Assembly (NCBI GenBank): GCA_018398765.1
Contig: JAHBMJ010000443.1
Location: forward strand, 62,001 to 126,000
DNA: 64,000 nucleotides
Reading direction: 5' to 3'
Origin: Chromera velia
Taxonomy: Eukaryota
Of the stretch, positions 1 to 14,000 are shown piece after piece. The notes below the pieces were generated by a model, which was given only the letters and a program-made list of their open reading frames with translations, was not told the DNA's origin and searched no databases. The first letter of the stretch is position 1, and every line of letters starts with the position of its first letter. The position numbers and the translations under genes were made by a program.

Positions 1-37
1 GCGGATTTGCCATCCCTTCTCCTCTCTTCCTTGCAGG

Positions 38-1395
38 TCTCTCCGGGTGGTCTGCCAAGGTGATCCTCACAGGCAGCGGCTTCGATGGAGCCACCTTTCT
101 TGCAATTAAGAATGGAGGCGAGAGCGCATGCCTCTCTGCCCCCGATGAAGACCTCGTCCTCGGTCAGTGAGGGGGAATTCTCTGAAAGCGACTGCTGCTG
201 TCCCTTTTTTTCTCCATGTCCTATCCCTTTCTTGTTTCACCCCTTCTACCCTGATGGCTTCACTCCCTGCCCCTCTGGTTACTGTCTCTGTTTGCGGTTG
301 AGTGCTCCTGAGTTGACCCTCCCTCTTTCGCTGCCCCTTCTGCCCACAGAGACTTATTCTTGTGCTCTCATCTCTCGTCTTTTCTGCCTGCAGGTGGAAC
401 CGGTGAGGTGTCTACTTCCGGACGCCATGCGCCTCAGCAGATTGGTCAGTCACATAAGGCCTCTCATTGCCCTTCTTTGACTGTATCTGTGTCACTGGGT
501 CCCCTTGTCATCCCAATGCTGCGCTGCAGAAGTGGTCAGTCCCTCTGTTCCATTGTTGATGGAAGTTTCTACGCGGTGTGTGTTTGCAGTTTTCGGGTTT
601 GAGAAGGAGTCAGACCGTGAGTGGCGTCACAGCCTCTCCCTCTGCCTCTACCCCTCGAGTGTTTCCGTCTCCCCCGAGAATTCCGAGGAGGCCCCAGAGG
701 GCGTCTTCGTGGGGAATTTGAAGATTGGGGACGGTTGCACCCGAGATTCTGCTGGAGACTGCCAGCGTCCTGCAATCGTCTCGGACCTTTCCGATGGGGA
801 GCTTCCCGAAGTAGATGTGCAGACCCGCTCTCTGGCTCTCCTTTTTCCCCGCAGAGACGCGGCCTTTTCAGTGTCCCTGTCCGGTCGTGGTTTCTCTGAT
901 CGGAACATCATTGCACTGAAGCCTGCGGATGTGGGCTGCAGGGGGGGGTACAGGACTGAGTCTCTCATGTGGAAGACGGGGGCAGAGGCTACCCATGTTT
1001 CTGATGGACAGACAGAGGCAGAGGAGGACCCAGGTGTGTCACTGCAGCCTTCCGGGCCTGCTGCCAAGCGCAGTGCGCCTAGGCGCCGTCTGAAATCAGA
1101 CAACGCCCCCCAGCTGCGTAGACAGAACGCACAAGACCTCTCTTGGTTTGAGGCCGAGGATCAGGAGGACACCCCCACTACTGCTGAGGAGCCTGCTGAG
1201 ATGGTTGAGTGGCAGTTTGAGGAGGAGTTGTCCGGGGGTGTGGCTAGTGCGATGGGAGGGGAGAGTGCCTACCACGCGTGTCTCTACTCCAACGCCTTCG
1301 ACATCCGGCCGCAACACGTGGCCAATGTCATTTTTAAGCGTCAGTCTGCATGGCAGGGGGGCAGAGAAATCTGCTGGGGACATCAAGGACAATGA
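38..1395 (+). CDS. Hypothetical multi-exon protein, 5' end outside the window
   Basis: Exon-like blocks with polypyrimidine-CAG acceptors and GT donors (~38-163, ~394-444) and a long open exon ~589-1395 with acidic low-complexity sequence. No domain recognised. Further exon-like blocks at ~2125-3015 may belong to this or another gene. Confidence 0.4.
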
Positions 1396-4300
1396 ATGAG
1401 GGAGACCGAAAAATCAAAGCCAAAGAAAGAAAACTTGTGCGTTTCATGAGGGCGCTTGTGGACCTCCGCTGTCTACATTCTGATTTCGTTCAGCGATGAA
1501 GTTTTGTCTTCGTGCCTTCCTACCGAGCCTTTTCTCTTCTTATCACGCAAAGGGACATCTGCGTTTCCGTGTGCGTCCTCTCCTTCTGCTTTGTGTCTGA
1601 ATGCTTTGGAAGTTGTTCGATCTTCTGCTGGCACAGGGCTTGAGTAACTGCTTTTTGAATGGCTTTCTGGATCTGTTCTTAAGCATTGATGAGTGAGGGA
1701 ACCACCTGATTGGATTGGATTGGATGCGTGCAGCTCCTACGGCAGACTTCCTCCGTCTAGCGTTCCTTGCTTTCGTCGCCTTCCCTCTTGGTCTGCTCGC
1801 CATTTTCTCCCTCGCCTTCGCATGGTCAGTCCTCTTGCAGGGGGTTAGGGGGTCCTCCCAGTCCGGAGAGTAGAAAGGGGTTGTCGAGGCGATCCTCCTT
1901 TCTTTTGTTTTTCCGATCCGTTCTCACAGGATCTATTGGCGTATTTGTCTGTGACAGTCTGCGTGTCTGGGTGCGTCATGTGTTTACTTCCTTGACTGAG
2001 TGGATGAACCAACTGTTCCTAAGTGACTGATTCATCGGCTTACCTGGACTCGTTGGCTGACTGAGTGACCGATTGACTGTTTTTCTTTGCGTCTGGCTGA
2101 TTGTGTGACTGTCTGACTCTGCAGGAGCAGCCGGGGGTCTGTGAAGATTCCAGGCAGCTCCCTGGTGGCCTCTCAGTGCAAGAGCCGCCGGAAGAAGGGA
2201 AAGAGCGGCACTTCCAGTTCCTCCAAGAGCAGCAGGACGAGCGGAAGATCTGAGGGCAGAGGGTCTGCAGACAGGTGAGTCAAGTGAGAAATAAGTGCTT
2301 GTTTGTTGTCAGACTGTGGGGATGGAGGCGCAAGTGTGTGTTTTGTCGGACTTTGAAGAGAGAGCGGTGCCATGCGTGTTGATTTCGACTGCGTGTTCAG
2401 GAATGTTGTGGGTAGGTGGGTGCATGTGTTCCTGTTGTTGCAGTGTCTTTCTTTTTTTGTTGGTCGCCCTTCCAGTCTGTAAATTTTCTTCGGGGGCATC
2501 TCGTTGGAGGCGAATTAAGGTCGTTGAGCGACAGGGGAGAGAATGTCGGGGCAAGGAAGTTTGTTCGCGAGAGAGAGCATGGGAGGGAGGGAAGGAAGAG
2601 AGACAGGAAAGGAGGACCACCTCTTGGGAGGAATCTGTCGGCAGTGAGTGAGTGCGCTTCTTTCTTTCTGGTGTTGACAGACAGGACAAGTATGAGGACT
2701 GAGTGCATCTGGTGGATGAGGGGTGTAATCAGGCAGTGCGGTTCTTGACGCGGAACTTTCCTGTTGCTTTCCTCTCGTGCTGCTTTTCACTTTTCATTTC
2801 TTTTCCCTCCCTTTGCTTGTTTTCTGTCGGTATGTCTTCTTTCCTGTCTGCAGGAGTCTGCGGGCCTCTCACGGCGTTTCCTTCTCGGCCACCGCTGCCG
2901 AGTCTGCATTCGGACCCCAGTCCCTTGCACCTGCCCGTCCTGTTAGCTCTGCCGCAGCTGATGACCTCTTTTCTCCCCTGGAGGCCTCCAACGGGGGTGC
3001 TCAGTCGGGTGCTGTGCGCGGAATTCCCTCGGCACAGGAGAGGCTTCTGTCTATGCATGGGGGAAGAAGCAAGGGGTATGCACGTGGGGGGTTTGTGGGG
3101 ACAGTTGACCGTCTCCCTTCTGACATTCCCGCCTCCCGTGCCTCCACGCCCCTCTCCTTCCACCACCCCCATAGGACGCCCTCTGCTGGGGCCTCTTCGG
3201 GATCCGTTCCCGTCTCTTCCAGTAGCTCTGGTGGCAGGAGCTCCTCCGGGCGTCTCCCGTCTCTTGCAGAGTACGGGGGGAGCACCATGCTGTAAGGATG
3301 CAGTGAAGTTAGAGGAGAGAGAGAAGAATAAAGGGAGCGAGGGGGGGTTGTTTTTTGAAGTCAGGGAGTGGTGGAGAGGAAGGGATTAGAAAAAAAGGAT
3401 CCCGCCCTCTATCGTTCTCACCCCCTTGCTTGCCTGATGTCTCTCATAGGTCTGGGTAGAGAGAAGAGAGGAAAGGCAGACAGAGAAAGAAGTCTTCTTC
3501 AGGTTCTCTCCCGCGAGTCTCGCGTTCTTCCTGACTGATAAGACAGTGGAGGGGGAGACAGACAGGAGACAGAAAGGGAAAGCAGATGAAATGCCGGGGT
3601 GTTATGACGAGATGCCGTAAAGCATAAAGAAGCAGTGACAAAAAGTTTGACCGATCGACAAATCAAGTGTAGAAAAGGAAACTCTGGAGGGAGAGGAGAC
3701 CATTTGAAAAGGCAAGCCGCACACCTTCCTTCTTGGTCGGGCTGGCTGGCTGGTTGGGGTGTTATCATCTTTGACTGTTCCTTCTTTCATTTCTTGGTCA
3801 ACCGGTGGAAGGGGGGAGGGGGAGTTGTCCTCTTTCTCTTCTCTCCGACCCGTGTGTGGCCGCCTTACCCTGCGGCACTTGGAGCCTTGGGGTGAGGGCG
3901 GGTGAGTGCATTGCGCCCTTCAGGGGAGCGGGGAGAGGGGGTGGGGTGGGGTGGGGTGAAAAGTTGGGGTCGGTGGGCGGGCGGGTGCTTGCTCTTTGTG
4001 TGTGAAGTTTGATTAGTGAATGTTGTGAGGGTTCGGGTTGGGGGGGGTAAGGGAAGTTTGATGAATTTTCGTTCTTTCGTGGCTGCTTTCTTTATTTCTA
4101 CCTTGTTGCTTTCTTTCTTGGAGTTTCCCCCTCCAATCTTCGTCTCCGTGAGTCCCCTACCCTCCTTACTGGAGTAAGGCAAGAAAATCGAGTGATCAGT
4201 CGTATTTTCCCCTCCATCTCCTTTCGTCGTCCGTTCATTCACTCACTCGTCAATCCATTCCACCACTTCCCCTCACCCACTAGGTGAAGTATTCTTTCAT

Positions 4301-4763
4301 TCCGACACCAAACCATCGTTCGCTGATTCTAAAAGTGGTAGTCAGGTGGGCGTGAGTGTCTAGTTGTCTGTCTGTTTCTTGTTGGATGACTGGGTCACTC
4401 AACTTTTTCATTCGATCGCGACGAAGTCTTCTGAAACCGAACGGACAATCGAAAATCTGCAGAAGCCTTTAAAAAAATTGCACCAGACTGAATGGGGTGA
4501 TATACCTTCAAACAGTCTGCAAGTCTTCTCGGTCTGCAGTGACTGATAATGGGATCAGAGCAAACGGTCGATACCTACATCGATATACATGCAAACACGA
4601 AGAAGGAAGCAAAGGCCTGACAGCCTGAGAAACGAGGGTAGGAAGGCGTGCCTAGACACTTAAAACTTGAAAGCCAATGAGTCTAGCGCTCACTGTAGGC
4701 TTAGCTAGCCAAAGAACAGTCTAGATAGCAATAGTCAGAGTTGGACTACGTTGAACATGCTTG

Positions 4764-4832
4764 TTTGATTGATTGATTGATTGATTGATATGTTCCACCC
4801 TAGGGCCTTCCCGTTATGTCTATCTGTCGCTG
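4764..4832 (-). mobile_element. Putative retroposon 3'-end remnant with (ATCA)n tail, family B copy 1
   Basis: The minus strand reads GATAGACATAACGGGAAGGCCCTAG followed by (ATCA)n. It resembles GATAAACATAGCGGGAAGGCCTAG followed by (ATCA)n at 15296 on the + strand. Confidence 0.4.
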
Positions 4833-6699
4833 TGTTTAACCCAGTTTGACTTGAATTTTAAAGGAAAAAGTAGATTAAAATAGATTAAACCAGTACATTC
4901 GGAACAAGAAACAAGAGGTAGAGCGCCCATCCAACCGACTAACACTAACCTTGCGGTCTTGCACAAAAGAGATGGCAGACTCATGCAGTCTTACACAAAC
5001 GATCCATTCACCCAAAGATTCTAACATTTGCATGCAGACTGCATCCCAAGAAGAAGTGCAACATTCCACAGTGTCACGTCCTGGGGAAGAGAATCAGCAG
5101 CATCCTTGGATATATGAAGCGTTCCATTCGTACGTGTCTGAAGAGAACAGGCTTTCCGAAGTACCGTTTCACCACAAAGGGAGAAGCAAGCGTGGCCGCA
5201 CGTTTTGTCAGCAGACTGAGCAGAGAATGCATGCACGCGCAGGCGTGCACACGCAACAGCGTCGCACGAAAGGAAGGCCACTGAGAGAAACGAAATTTAT
5301 ATTAATATTATATCGAAAAAAGAAAAGCGTGCTTGAATCGTCTGCAATCATATTCAAGAGTCTCAGAAACTCAACCTGGCTGTGCGGTAGACAGGCAATT
5401 GTTCTGTCTGAAGCAAGAACACTGCATGACAAATTGACAACTTTGAATCTGTTTGTGAAGCAGTGAGAATTAAAAAGATGAGGGGTATGTAGAAGGCTAT
5501 ATGCATTGGCGTCTCTGGCTGTTTTGTCTTCAGACTAAGCCCGCTGTTAAGACAGCTACACCACAAGGCCGCCTCAAGGTCAAAAGGGAAAAATATAGAG
5601 TTCTCATATTCTTAGGCATGCGTGTAGTACAAAATTTCTGTAACAAGTCTGCAGGCCGCCTGAAGATCGGAAGTGATGGAGAGGAAGATATGCAGTCTAT
5701 ATAGCATGCGGTCAGATGACGGCGACATCACTGAATTTCGTTCTTTCCATTTCTTTATGTCTTCTCCCTCATGTCTCTCTTCTTTATCTCCTCCCTCGTT
5801 CTAACCCTCATTCTTCCGGCCGACAGGAATCTTTACTTTCGTTCTGTCATGCATCATGTCGGTCGTGCTTATTTCTATAGAAGTGTTTCTCTCCACATGG
5901 TCTGCATGAGGCACTGCAGAAGGGAGATCGAAGTTATGTATTTCGCTGAGTTCTCTTCTCCCATGCGTTTTTTTTTTTTTTTTCTTCCTGAACGATCCGT
6001 TGTCAAAGAAATTTATAAAAAAAGAAGGGAGAATATGTTACGGAGAGTGAAGAGAAAAGCATATGGACAGCGCTCTTATAAGAAGGGGGAATGTATTATG
6101 GACTCCCAAGTAGGCTGTAGTAGCAGGATATAACTTCCAAGTATGTCTTGCCTGCTAAAAGCCTACTTGGTATGATCTAGGGAGAAGAGAAATAAAAGTG
6201 AAAGGAAAGGAGAAAATAATTGAGGATGTAAGTAGATCTCAAGAAAAAGAAAATGACCTTGAAGTTTTAATGGAGATGTCCATACCTATTAAATAGAAAA
6301 GACTGTTGAATTCTATCATGGAAGAAAGAATGGAAGAAGGAATAGAAGAAGGAACGGCAGAGCAAATGGAAGAAAGAATGAAAGAAGAGTTAGAAGAGCC
6401 TCTTTCAGGGGCCTTGACGGGCCACGGTATATCCGAGCGGAAGAGCCTCTTCCAAAGGCCTCGTCAAAAACAAGGAAGAGGAAGAAAGAAAGAGAAGATG
6501 GAAGGAAAAAGAAGAAAAATAAAATGAAATAAATAGAGACCGACCAGAATAGAATACAGAAAACGGAAGAGGGAAAGGAAGAGGTTGTGGAAGGAATAGG
6601 GGTAAAATCAATACAGATGAAAGTAATTATGGAAGTCCTTATGGAAGAGCGAAAAGTGAAAGACTTGGATTTTTGGAAGAGCAAACGGAAGGAGATGTT

Positions 6700-9600
6700 G
6701 AAAATCAAATTTCATCTTGTCATTTCGTCGGACCCATCTCGGACAGAGGACTTCCGACATCCATTCTCCAGCCTTTGAGAAAACTCCTAAAAAGTGAACC
6801 TCAAGTGACTTTAGTCTCCTAGCTACCCTACCTTCAGCAAAACGCTGCTAGAGTTCTGGAGTCAGATAAGAAGTCCGCTACACTGGTACAGTAACTCTTT
6901 TACTGAAAACAATTGGAGGTTCTCGCTCTGATCAATCTCTGCAGACGTAAAGAAAGGAGGGAAGGAAGGCAGACCAGGGATATCAAATTTTGTTTTCTTC
7001 GCCTCTTACGATTGACGCAAGCAGTAACGATGAAGGGAGAAGACAGCCGAACTTGAAGAAATGATACAAAACGTTAGAGCAGGTAGCCTTGAGGGCATTT
7101 CTTTTATGTCCAGTTTTTTAATAAGTTTATTGATCTGTCAAGCCGATCAATCGATTTTTTTGCCGTTCTCTCTCTGACACTCCCTCCTTCTGACCTTGCA
7201 GTACTTCGACGAAGTTCTCTTTGAAGATGGACGGAAGGTTGAGGTTCTCCTATGTTCTCTTCATATTTCTTGCCAAGCTTCTCAGCGGTGAATTCACTCA
7301 AAGCGCTGCGGTCAGAAAGACGTCATACAGAAGAAGGACTGTTCAAAGCAAAGAATACACACAAGAAGATGAATGACAGTCACTGCACTCATCTTCTATC
7401 TCAGAACAGGAGAAGGACGAATTCTTTCAACAATCATGCAGAACGAGTGAATGACGTAAGTCTTTAAAAAAGCTTCAAGCCCTTAAAATTCAATGCATTG
7501 CCTCACTGCGGGGCAATTATTATTAATTGAGTCTGTAGTGAACCTACTGGATGCTGCATGCGCATGCAAACAGAGGCACCGATCGAGGGAAAAAGGCTGG
7601 GAGAGGGCTAATTAAAGCACAACTGGGGTGATGAAAAGGCATTGCGCGCTTGCAAGTCATAAGACACAGTAGACCCTGCAGGCTTGCTTACAATTTGCAA
7701 GCTCCCTCCTTCGAGAAACTTTTCACCAAGGCCACTGTGAGATTGCGCGCCACAATGGGTGCTTTTGCTGCTTTGCCCTCCCAGAGAGAAGTGAAGAGAA
7801 TCCTCAGATACTGTTGCTCTAAAGAGGGGTTAAGTGAGTAGAGGGCATCAGTGATCTTGGCATCGTCTCTCTGCAGAATTAAGTAAATAAAGAGATGGAA
7901 TATGACAAATGGCAGGAACATACGCACATGTATGGTATACAAAGAATAAAGAGCTGAAGGCAGTTTCATTGCACACACCATGGTAAGAATTTGAAACAGG
8001 AAGGTGAGGAGCGCAGGATATAAAAAAACGCCGGCTGTCTCCAGCATAATGAATACTACTAGATAGAGGGAGCAAGATTAGAGCTCGATAGCATATCTCA
8101 AAACAGAATAGGGACAAAGAAACTGAAAATTAAAGGCCGCTCATATGCCAACCTTTGAGTTCATCAGGCGTTCTGCAATCAGCTGGAACGTCTTGAGCTC
8201 AATGAAGGGGCTGAAAGACTCAGCCTGAGAGTTGTCAGAGATATAGCCATACGGCGAGACTGCAGGTCGCTGTAAATAGAACAAAGGGTGCAATAAAAAG
8301 AAGAATATGAGATTTGCATAAACAAATTTGAGAGGAAAGCTAAGCATATGATGCCGTACAGCAAGTGAGGACACAAAGGAGCGGTGTTTCTAGCTGCCCA
8401 CCTGGTACTGGTTGTTGTCTAGACGAGGTGCCCATCTCCTCCTGTACCAATCATTTTGTGCTCCTTGACGTGATCGTCTTTGCCCCCTCTCTTTGTCGAG
8501 TCTCTCCTGCTCAGTAAGCCACTTTTTGTTCTCCCACAACTATTGCTCCTTTCTGGCAGCCTCTTCTTTGTATTCTCTATATATGTCAGAGATCTTTGAG
8601 GGCCCCCCCACACCGTTTAGCTTGTGGCTCTCCCACCCAGCCTCATCTAAATTAATGACGTTCTGCAAAGAAGGTGAGAAAATGAAAAGCTAGGCCTGTT
8701 GTAATAAAGGCGTGCACTCTTTTGACCTTCATGTGCAATCAGCAACCGTCTAGAAGAAAAGAAAAGATCGAGCAGACGCAAAAAGAAAGCACGTATATGA
8801 GGATCAGAAAGAGAGAACATGGTCGGTCAACGATGGAGCAAAGAGAAGGCAAAAAACTTAGGCCATCAATTTCGATCGCAGTCAGATCCAAGTGTAGCCT
8901 CACACTTTGGCCGTCAAGCTGACAGACACGCTCCGTCTATGGTCTTCAGCCACTCACAAAAGGAAACATATGATCACTATGACAATGCATTTTAAATTGA
9001 GCGTCTATCAATTTGAACGCTGTGATGACGATAAATACACATTTAATCAACACGTATGCACCTGCATTAAGCAAGCAGCCCTCTTGGTGCAGGGCGGATG
9101 AGAGGGCCGTTTCCCTTCCTCCCTATCCTTACGCGCCTGAATGTACATGGCAAACCGGTTCAGAACACCATTCAGAATGTTTTTACATGTCTGCAGGCAT
9201 CCAGTGAAACACCGATGATATACTGATGGACATATGGAAGGGGGAGAGATTTAGGTGACTGTGATTTGAGAGAAAAAACTAGGCAAAATCTGATGTTCTT
9301 CCCGACTTCCAAATCAACCGTCTTTGCTTCAATATATTAACTAAAAGCCCATGCTTGCTCACCTGTTTTGAGCTCAAACGGAGTACCCGGCCAAGATCCG
9401 AAATGAAGTGGCAGATACATTCGAGCATATACTTGCTCTCCCCCTCTTTTGCTGCAAGCTGAAGCTTCTCGACGGACTCAAAGAGAAGACCAATAATCAT
9501 TTCAATGAGCCCAACTAGCAACACGCGTCATGGTATCAGAACAGCTGCGTAAACAAACAAATAAATGGAAATAGGAAGGAAGAGGAATAACAAAGGCATT

Positions 9601-9850
9601 TGAGGGCTGATGGAATCATTGTAGAATGAGCAACATCAATTAATTGGGCAAGAAACTGAAGGAGTGATCAAAAACACTTCTCTGACCGATTGACGATCAA
9701 AAAGCCCTGCATAGAGTGAATGGGACGACAATTAGAACCGTTTCCTGCTTTTTCAAAAAAGACTCGGAGCATGAAGAAGACTGAATACACCTAGGAATAC
9801 ACTTTCTTCCCCTCCTTTTCACTAATATTGTGTAGAATCTCAGCTCTGAC

Positions 9851-9888
<38 letters not shown>

Positions 9889-10975
9889 ACTGACTGACTG
9901 ACTGACTGACTGACTAACCGACCGACTAACTGACTGTCTGACTGTCTGACTGAATGACTGACTGATTTATTCACTGTCTGACTGACTGACTAACTCACTG
10001 ACTGACTGACTGTGTGACTGACTGACTGACTGTCTCACTGACTGACTGACTGACTGACTGACTGACTGACTGACGGACTGACTGACTGATTGACTGACTG
10101 ACTGACTCACTGACTTGATGACTGACTGACTGACTGACTGACTCGCTGACTAACTGACTTACTAACTCACTGACTGATTGACTGTTTGACTCACCAACTG
10201 ACTGACTGACTGGCTGGTTGGCTGGCTAGATGACTGACTGACTGACTGACTGACTAATTGACTGACCGATCGACCAACCGACCGACCGACCAACTTACTG
10301 ACTGACAGACTGACTGTTTGACTGACTGACTGACTGACTGACTGTTTGACTGACTGACTGACTGACTGACTGACTCAATGACTGACTGACTGACTGACTG
10401 ACTGACTGACTAACTGACGGACTGACTGACTGATTGCCTGCCTGCCTGCCTGACTGACTGACTGACTGTGTGACTATCAGCGACTGACTGACTGACTGAC
10501 TGACTGACTCTCTAACTGTCTGACTGTCTGACAGTCTGACTGTCTGTCTGTTTGTCTGTCTGACTGAGTGACTGATTGACTAACTGACTGACTGTCTGAC
10601 TGTCTGACTGACTGTCTCACTGACTGACTGATTGACTGACTGACTGTCTGACTGACTGACTGACTGACTGACGGACTGACTGACTGACTGACTGATTGAC
10701 TCACTAACTCAATGACTGACTGACTGACTGACTCGCTGACTGACTGACTTACTAACTCACTGATTGATTGACTGTCTAACTCATCGACTGACTGACTGAC
10801 TGACTGATTGGCTGGCTGGCTAGATGACTGATTGATTGACTGACTGACTAACTGACTGACCAATTGATCAACCGACCAACCGACCAACCGACTTACTGAC
10901 AGATGGACTGACTGTTTGACTGACTGACTGACTGTTAGTGACTGACTCAATGACTGACTGACTGACTGACTGACT

Positions 10976-11008
<33 letters not shown>

Positions 11009-14000
11009 TCTGACTGACTGACTGACTGACTGACTGACTAACTGACTAACTGACTGACTGTCTGACTGACTCACTGACTGACCGACTGACTGACCGACTG
11101 ACTGACTGACTGACTGTCTGTCTGACTGCCTGACTCACCGACTGATTGACTGACTCACTGACTGACTGTCTGTCTGACTGACTGACTGACTGGCTGGCTG
11201 GCTGACTGACTGACTGACTGACTGACCGACCAACCGACCGACCGACCGACTGACTGACTGACGGACTGATTGTTTGACTGACTAACTGACTGACTGACTG
11301 ACTGACTGACTGACTCAAGGACTGACTGACTCAAGGACTGACTGACTGACTGACTAACAGACTGACTGACTGACTGACTGACTGACTGACTAACTGTTTG
11401 ACTGATTGACTGACTCACTGACTGACTGTCTGTCTGACTGACTGACTGACTGACTGACTGTCTGACTGATTGACTGACCGACCGACCGACTGACCGTCTG
11501 ACTGACTGACTGTGTGTCTGACTGACTGACTGACTAACTGTCTGACTGACTGATAAACCGACCGACCGACCGACCGTCTGACTGACTGACTGACTAACTG
11601 ACTGACTGACTGACTGATCGACCGACTGACCGACCGTCTGACTGACTGATACTGACTGTCTGTCTGACTGACTGACTGACTGACTGTCTGACTGACTGAC
11701 TGACTGACCGACCGACCGACTAACCATCTGACTAGCCGTCTGACTGACTGACTGACTGACTAACTGACTGACTGACTGACTGACCGACCAACCGGCTGAC
11801 TGACTGACTAATACTAACTAACCACAGAATTTAATGTTGCCAAGCATCGCGCGTTTGTGTTTGAAATACGCGATGATCTAATCCTGTGACTGCTCCTCCT
11901 TGACCTCTCGGAGCTCGTCTGAAAGTGAGAGAAACTTGCAGAAGGAATCCTGACACCCGTCTGCAAGAAGTCGCTTGACATCCACAGTCTCTTCCCCAAA
12001 TTTCTTTTCGCCAAGATCTTTAACGAGGCTCTTAGACACATCCGCGTATAACTGTGGAGACGAAGGGAACAGAGGGAGGGAACATATAAAGGGGAGTGGT
12101 ATATGATGCTCGGAGCGTCAGAAGACTTAGTGTCATTTAAAAGGATCTCAGCAGGAAAAAGAGGGGAAAAGTTGATCTACATTTCAAGAAGAGAACTGAA
12201 GGAGGCAATCAATTAATATGTGAGTGGAAGTTGGCACAGTCGCCTCCTTTTCTTTCATCTTTTTTTTTTGCGTCAAAAAAGACGCCCTTCATTTTTGCTG
12301 TCGTTTTTTCTTTCTTTCGCCCTCTTTTTCTCACTTCATGCGGTCGGATCTAATTGATGCACGCACAAAGAGGAAAGACAGGAAGACAAAAACCATAAGA
12401 AACGACTTTGCTTACGCCTAATAAAGCCAATACGGGAGATCCAGTCTGTTTACTCACGTTTACATATTTGGGTTCAGCCGTAATCTTTGCTAAAAGAAGA
12501 TGGACTAACAGCTGCAGGTCTTCCCTGGAGCTGTAGGGCAGGTCCCGCAGCTGGTTGTACAGCGAGTCAAATTTTTCGAGAGAGAACTTATTTAACAGGG
12601 CTAGTATTCTTCGCTCCTTTGTCGCCTCCGTCCTATATATCAAGCAGAGGAAAGAAAAGAAGAAAAAGAAAAAACAGTCAAAAAAGAGTATCACGAAGAA
12701 ATATACAAGAAAACAGACGTACGAGGAGAAAAAAAGAGAGGCTATGGAGGCAAAAACCCATACCAGTCAGGAGAAGCAGTTGAGAGTATGTCATAAATTC
12801 ATATACCGGTCCAACTGACCACTTCTGTCCTCTCCTCGCACGTATCTGCGCCACGATTCCAGACTTAAAAGATGCTTTCTGAGGTGAGAGGATAGCCTGA
12901 GGCTCAGGGTTTCAGCATGAGAGACTCTGTCTGAGGTCTAACAAGCTCTTGCACTAAGACTTCCAGAAACGTTGTTTCCAAAGCCCCTTGTACATTCCCT
13001 CTCCCCTCTCCGATTCTGTCTCTATAGTCCAAGTGACGCTTGGCGGTTAGAAATGCCCTGCTGTTGCTGCTGCAGCTGTTGGGTGGCTTCAAGAAAATCT
13101 AAACCGGTCATGTGTCACGAGACAGCAAGTACGGAGGAGCCCCTAGCTGCGGCAGCTGCTGTCGGAGGCGCTTGGGACTTCCTTTCCACTTGCTGCGGGT
13201 TTTGAGAATTCACTTGAGGCTCAGATTCGGAGCTCTGGAGTGGGGATACAACAACATTCTGAGGAGGGGGGACTGCAGTAAGGGGGGTGGGTGTGGAGTC
13301 GGCAGCTTCGGGCCTAGCTTTGGGCCGAGGCTCTGTGAGAGGGGGTGCGGGAGGCTCAGGATCAGGGAGCAAGGGGCTGAAGGTCTCACCCATATACGTA
13401 CTGCCCTGAGGACTCACTGCAGAGTCGGCAGGAGCAAGAGGAACGACGGGAAACGGTGACTAGATAACAAAGTGAGGGTGGGAGTCAGTGGGTATCACTG
13501 CTTCACTTGACTTCTGCGCTTCATTGTCTGCTAGTACTGTGTTACGAATCTTTATGGAGTGAAGGTTGTTCTCTTCTATTCTAACTCCGGAAGCCTCCAC
13601 CCTCCCATTCTCTACCTCTCTTTTCTCGAGAGAGTCTTTTATGCTGCTGCTGTTCTGCATTTCCACTTTGGAAAATGCTTGTCCAGATTGGAAGGTAGCC
13701 ATGGCATCATCTGGGTCAGAGAGAGATGTATATTCTTGTAGATTCTTTTGAGAGTGGATCGCTCTAAGGATCGCTTGACCTTCCTCACTCTTCTGGTCAG
13801 ACTCTGTCAGACGGCTGTCAGCCTTAGACATGGACCCATCCCCTCGTGCCACTTTTTTCTTCGAATACAGAGTCTCTTTTACAGCCTCTGCGGATGGAGA
13901 AGGAGACGAGGAGGCTTCTACATCTACTGCCCCCTTAAAGAAGAGACAAAGTTAGCATGGCCTTCTGGGTATATGGCTGGGGACTCGGAGGCTGGCAGAG

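Noticed and set aside
5900..6780. E/K/R-rich + strand ORF fragments
   Set aside because: Purine-rich low complexity with frequent stops and no domain.
10477..11727. SQSV-repeat ORFs
   Set aside because: They are translations of the (GACT)n satellite.
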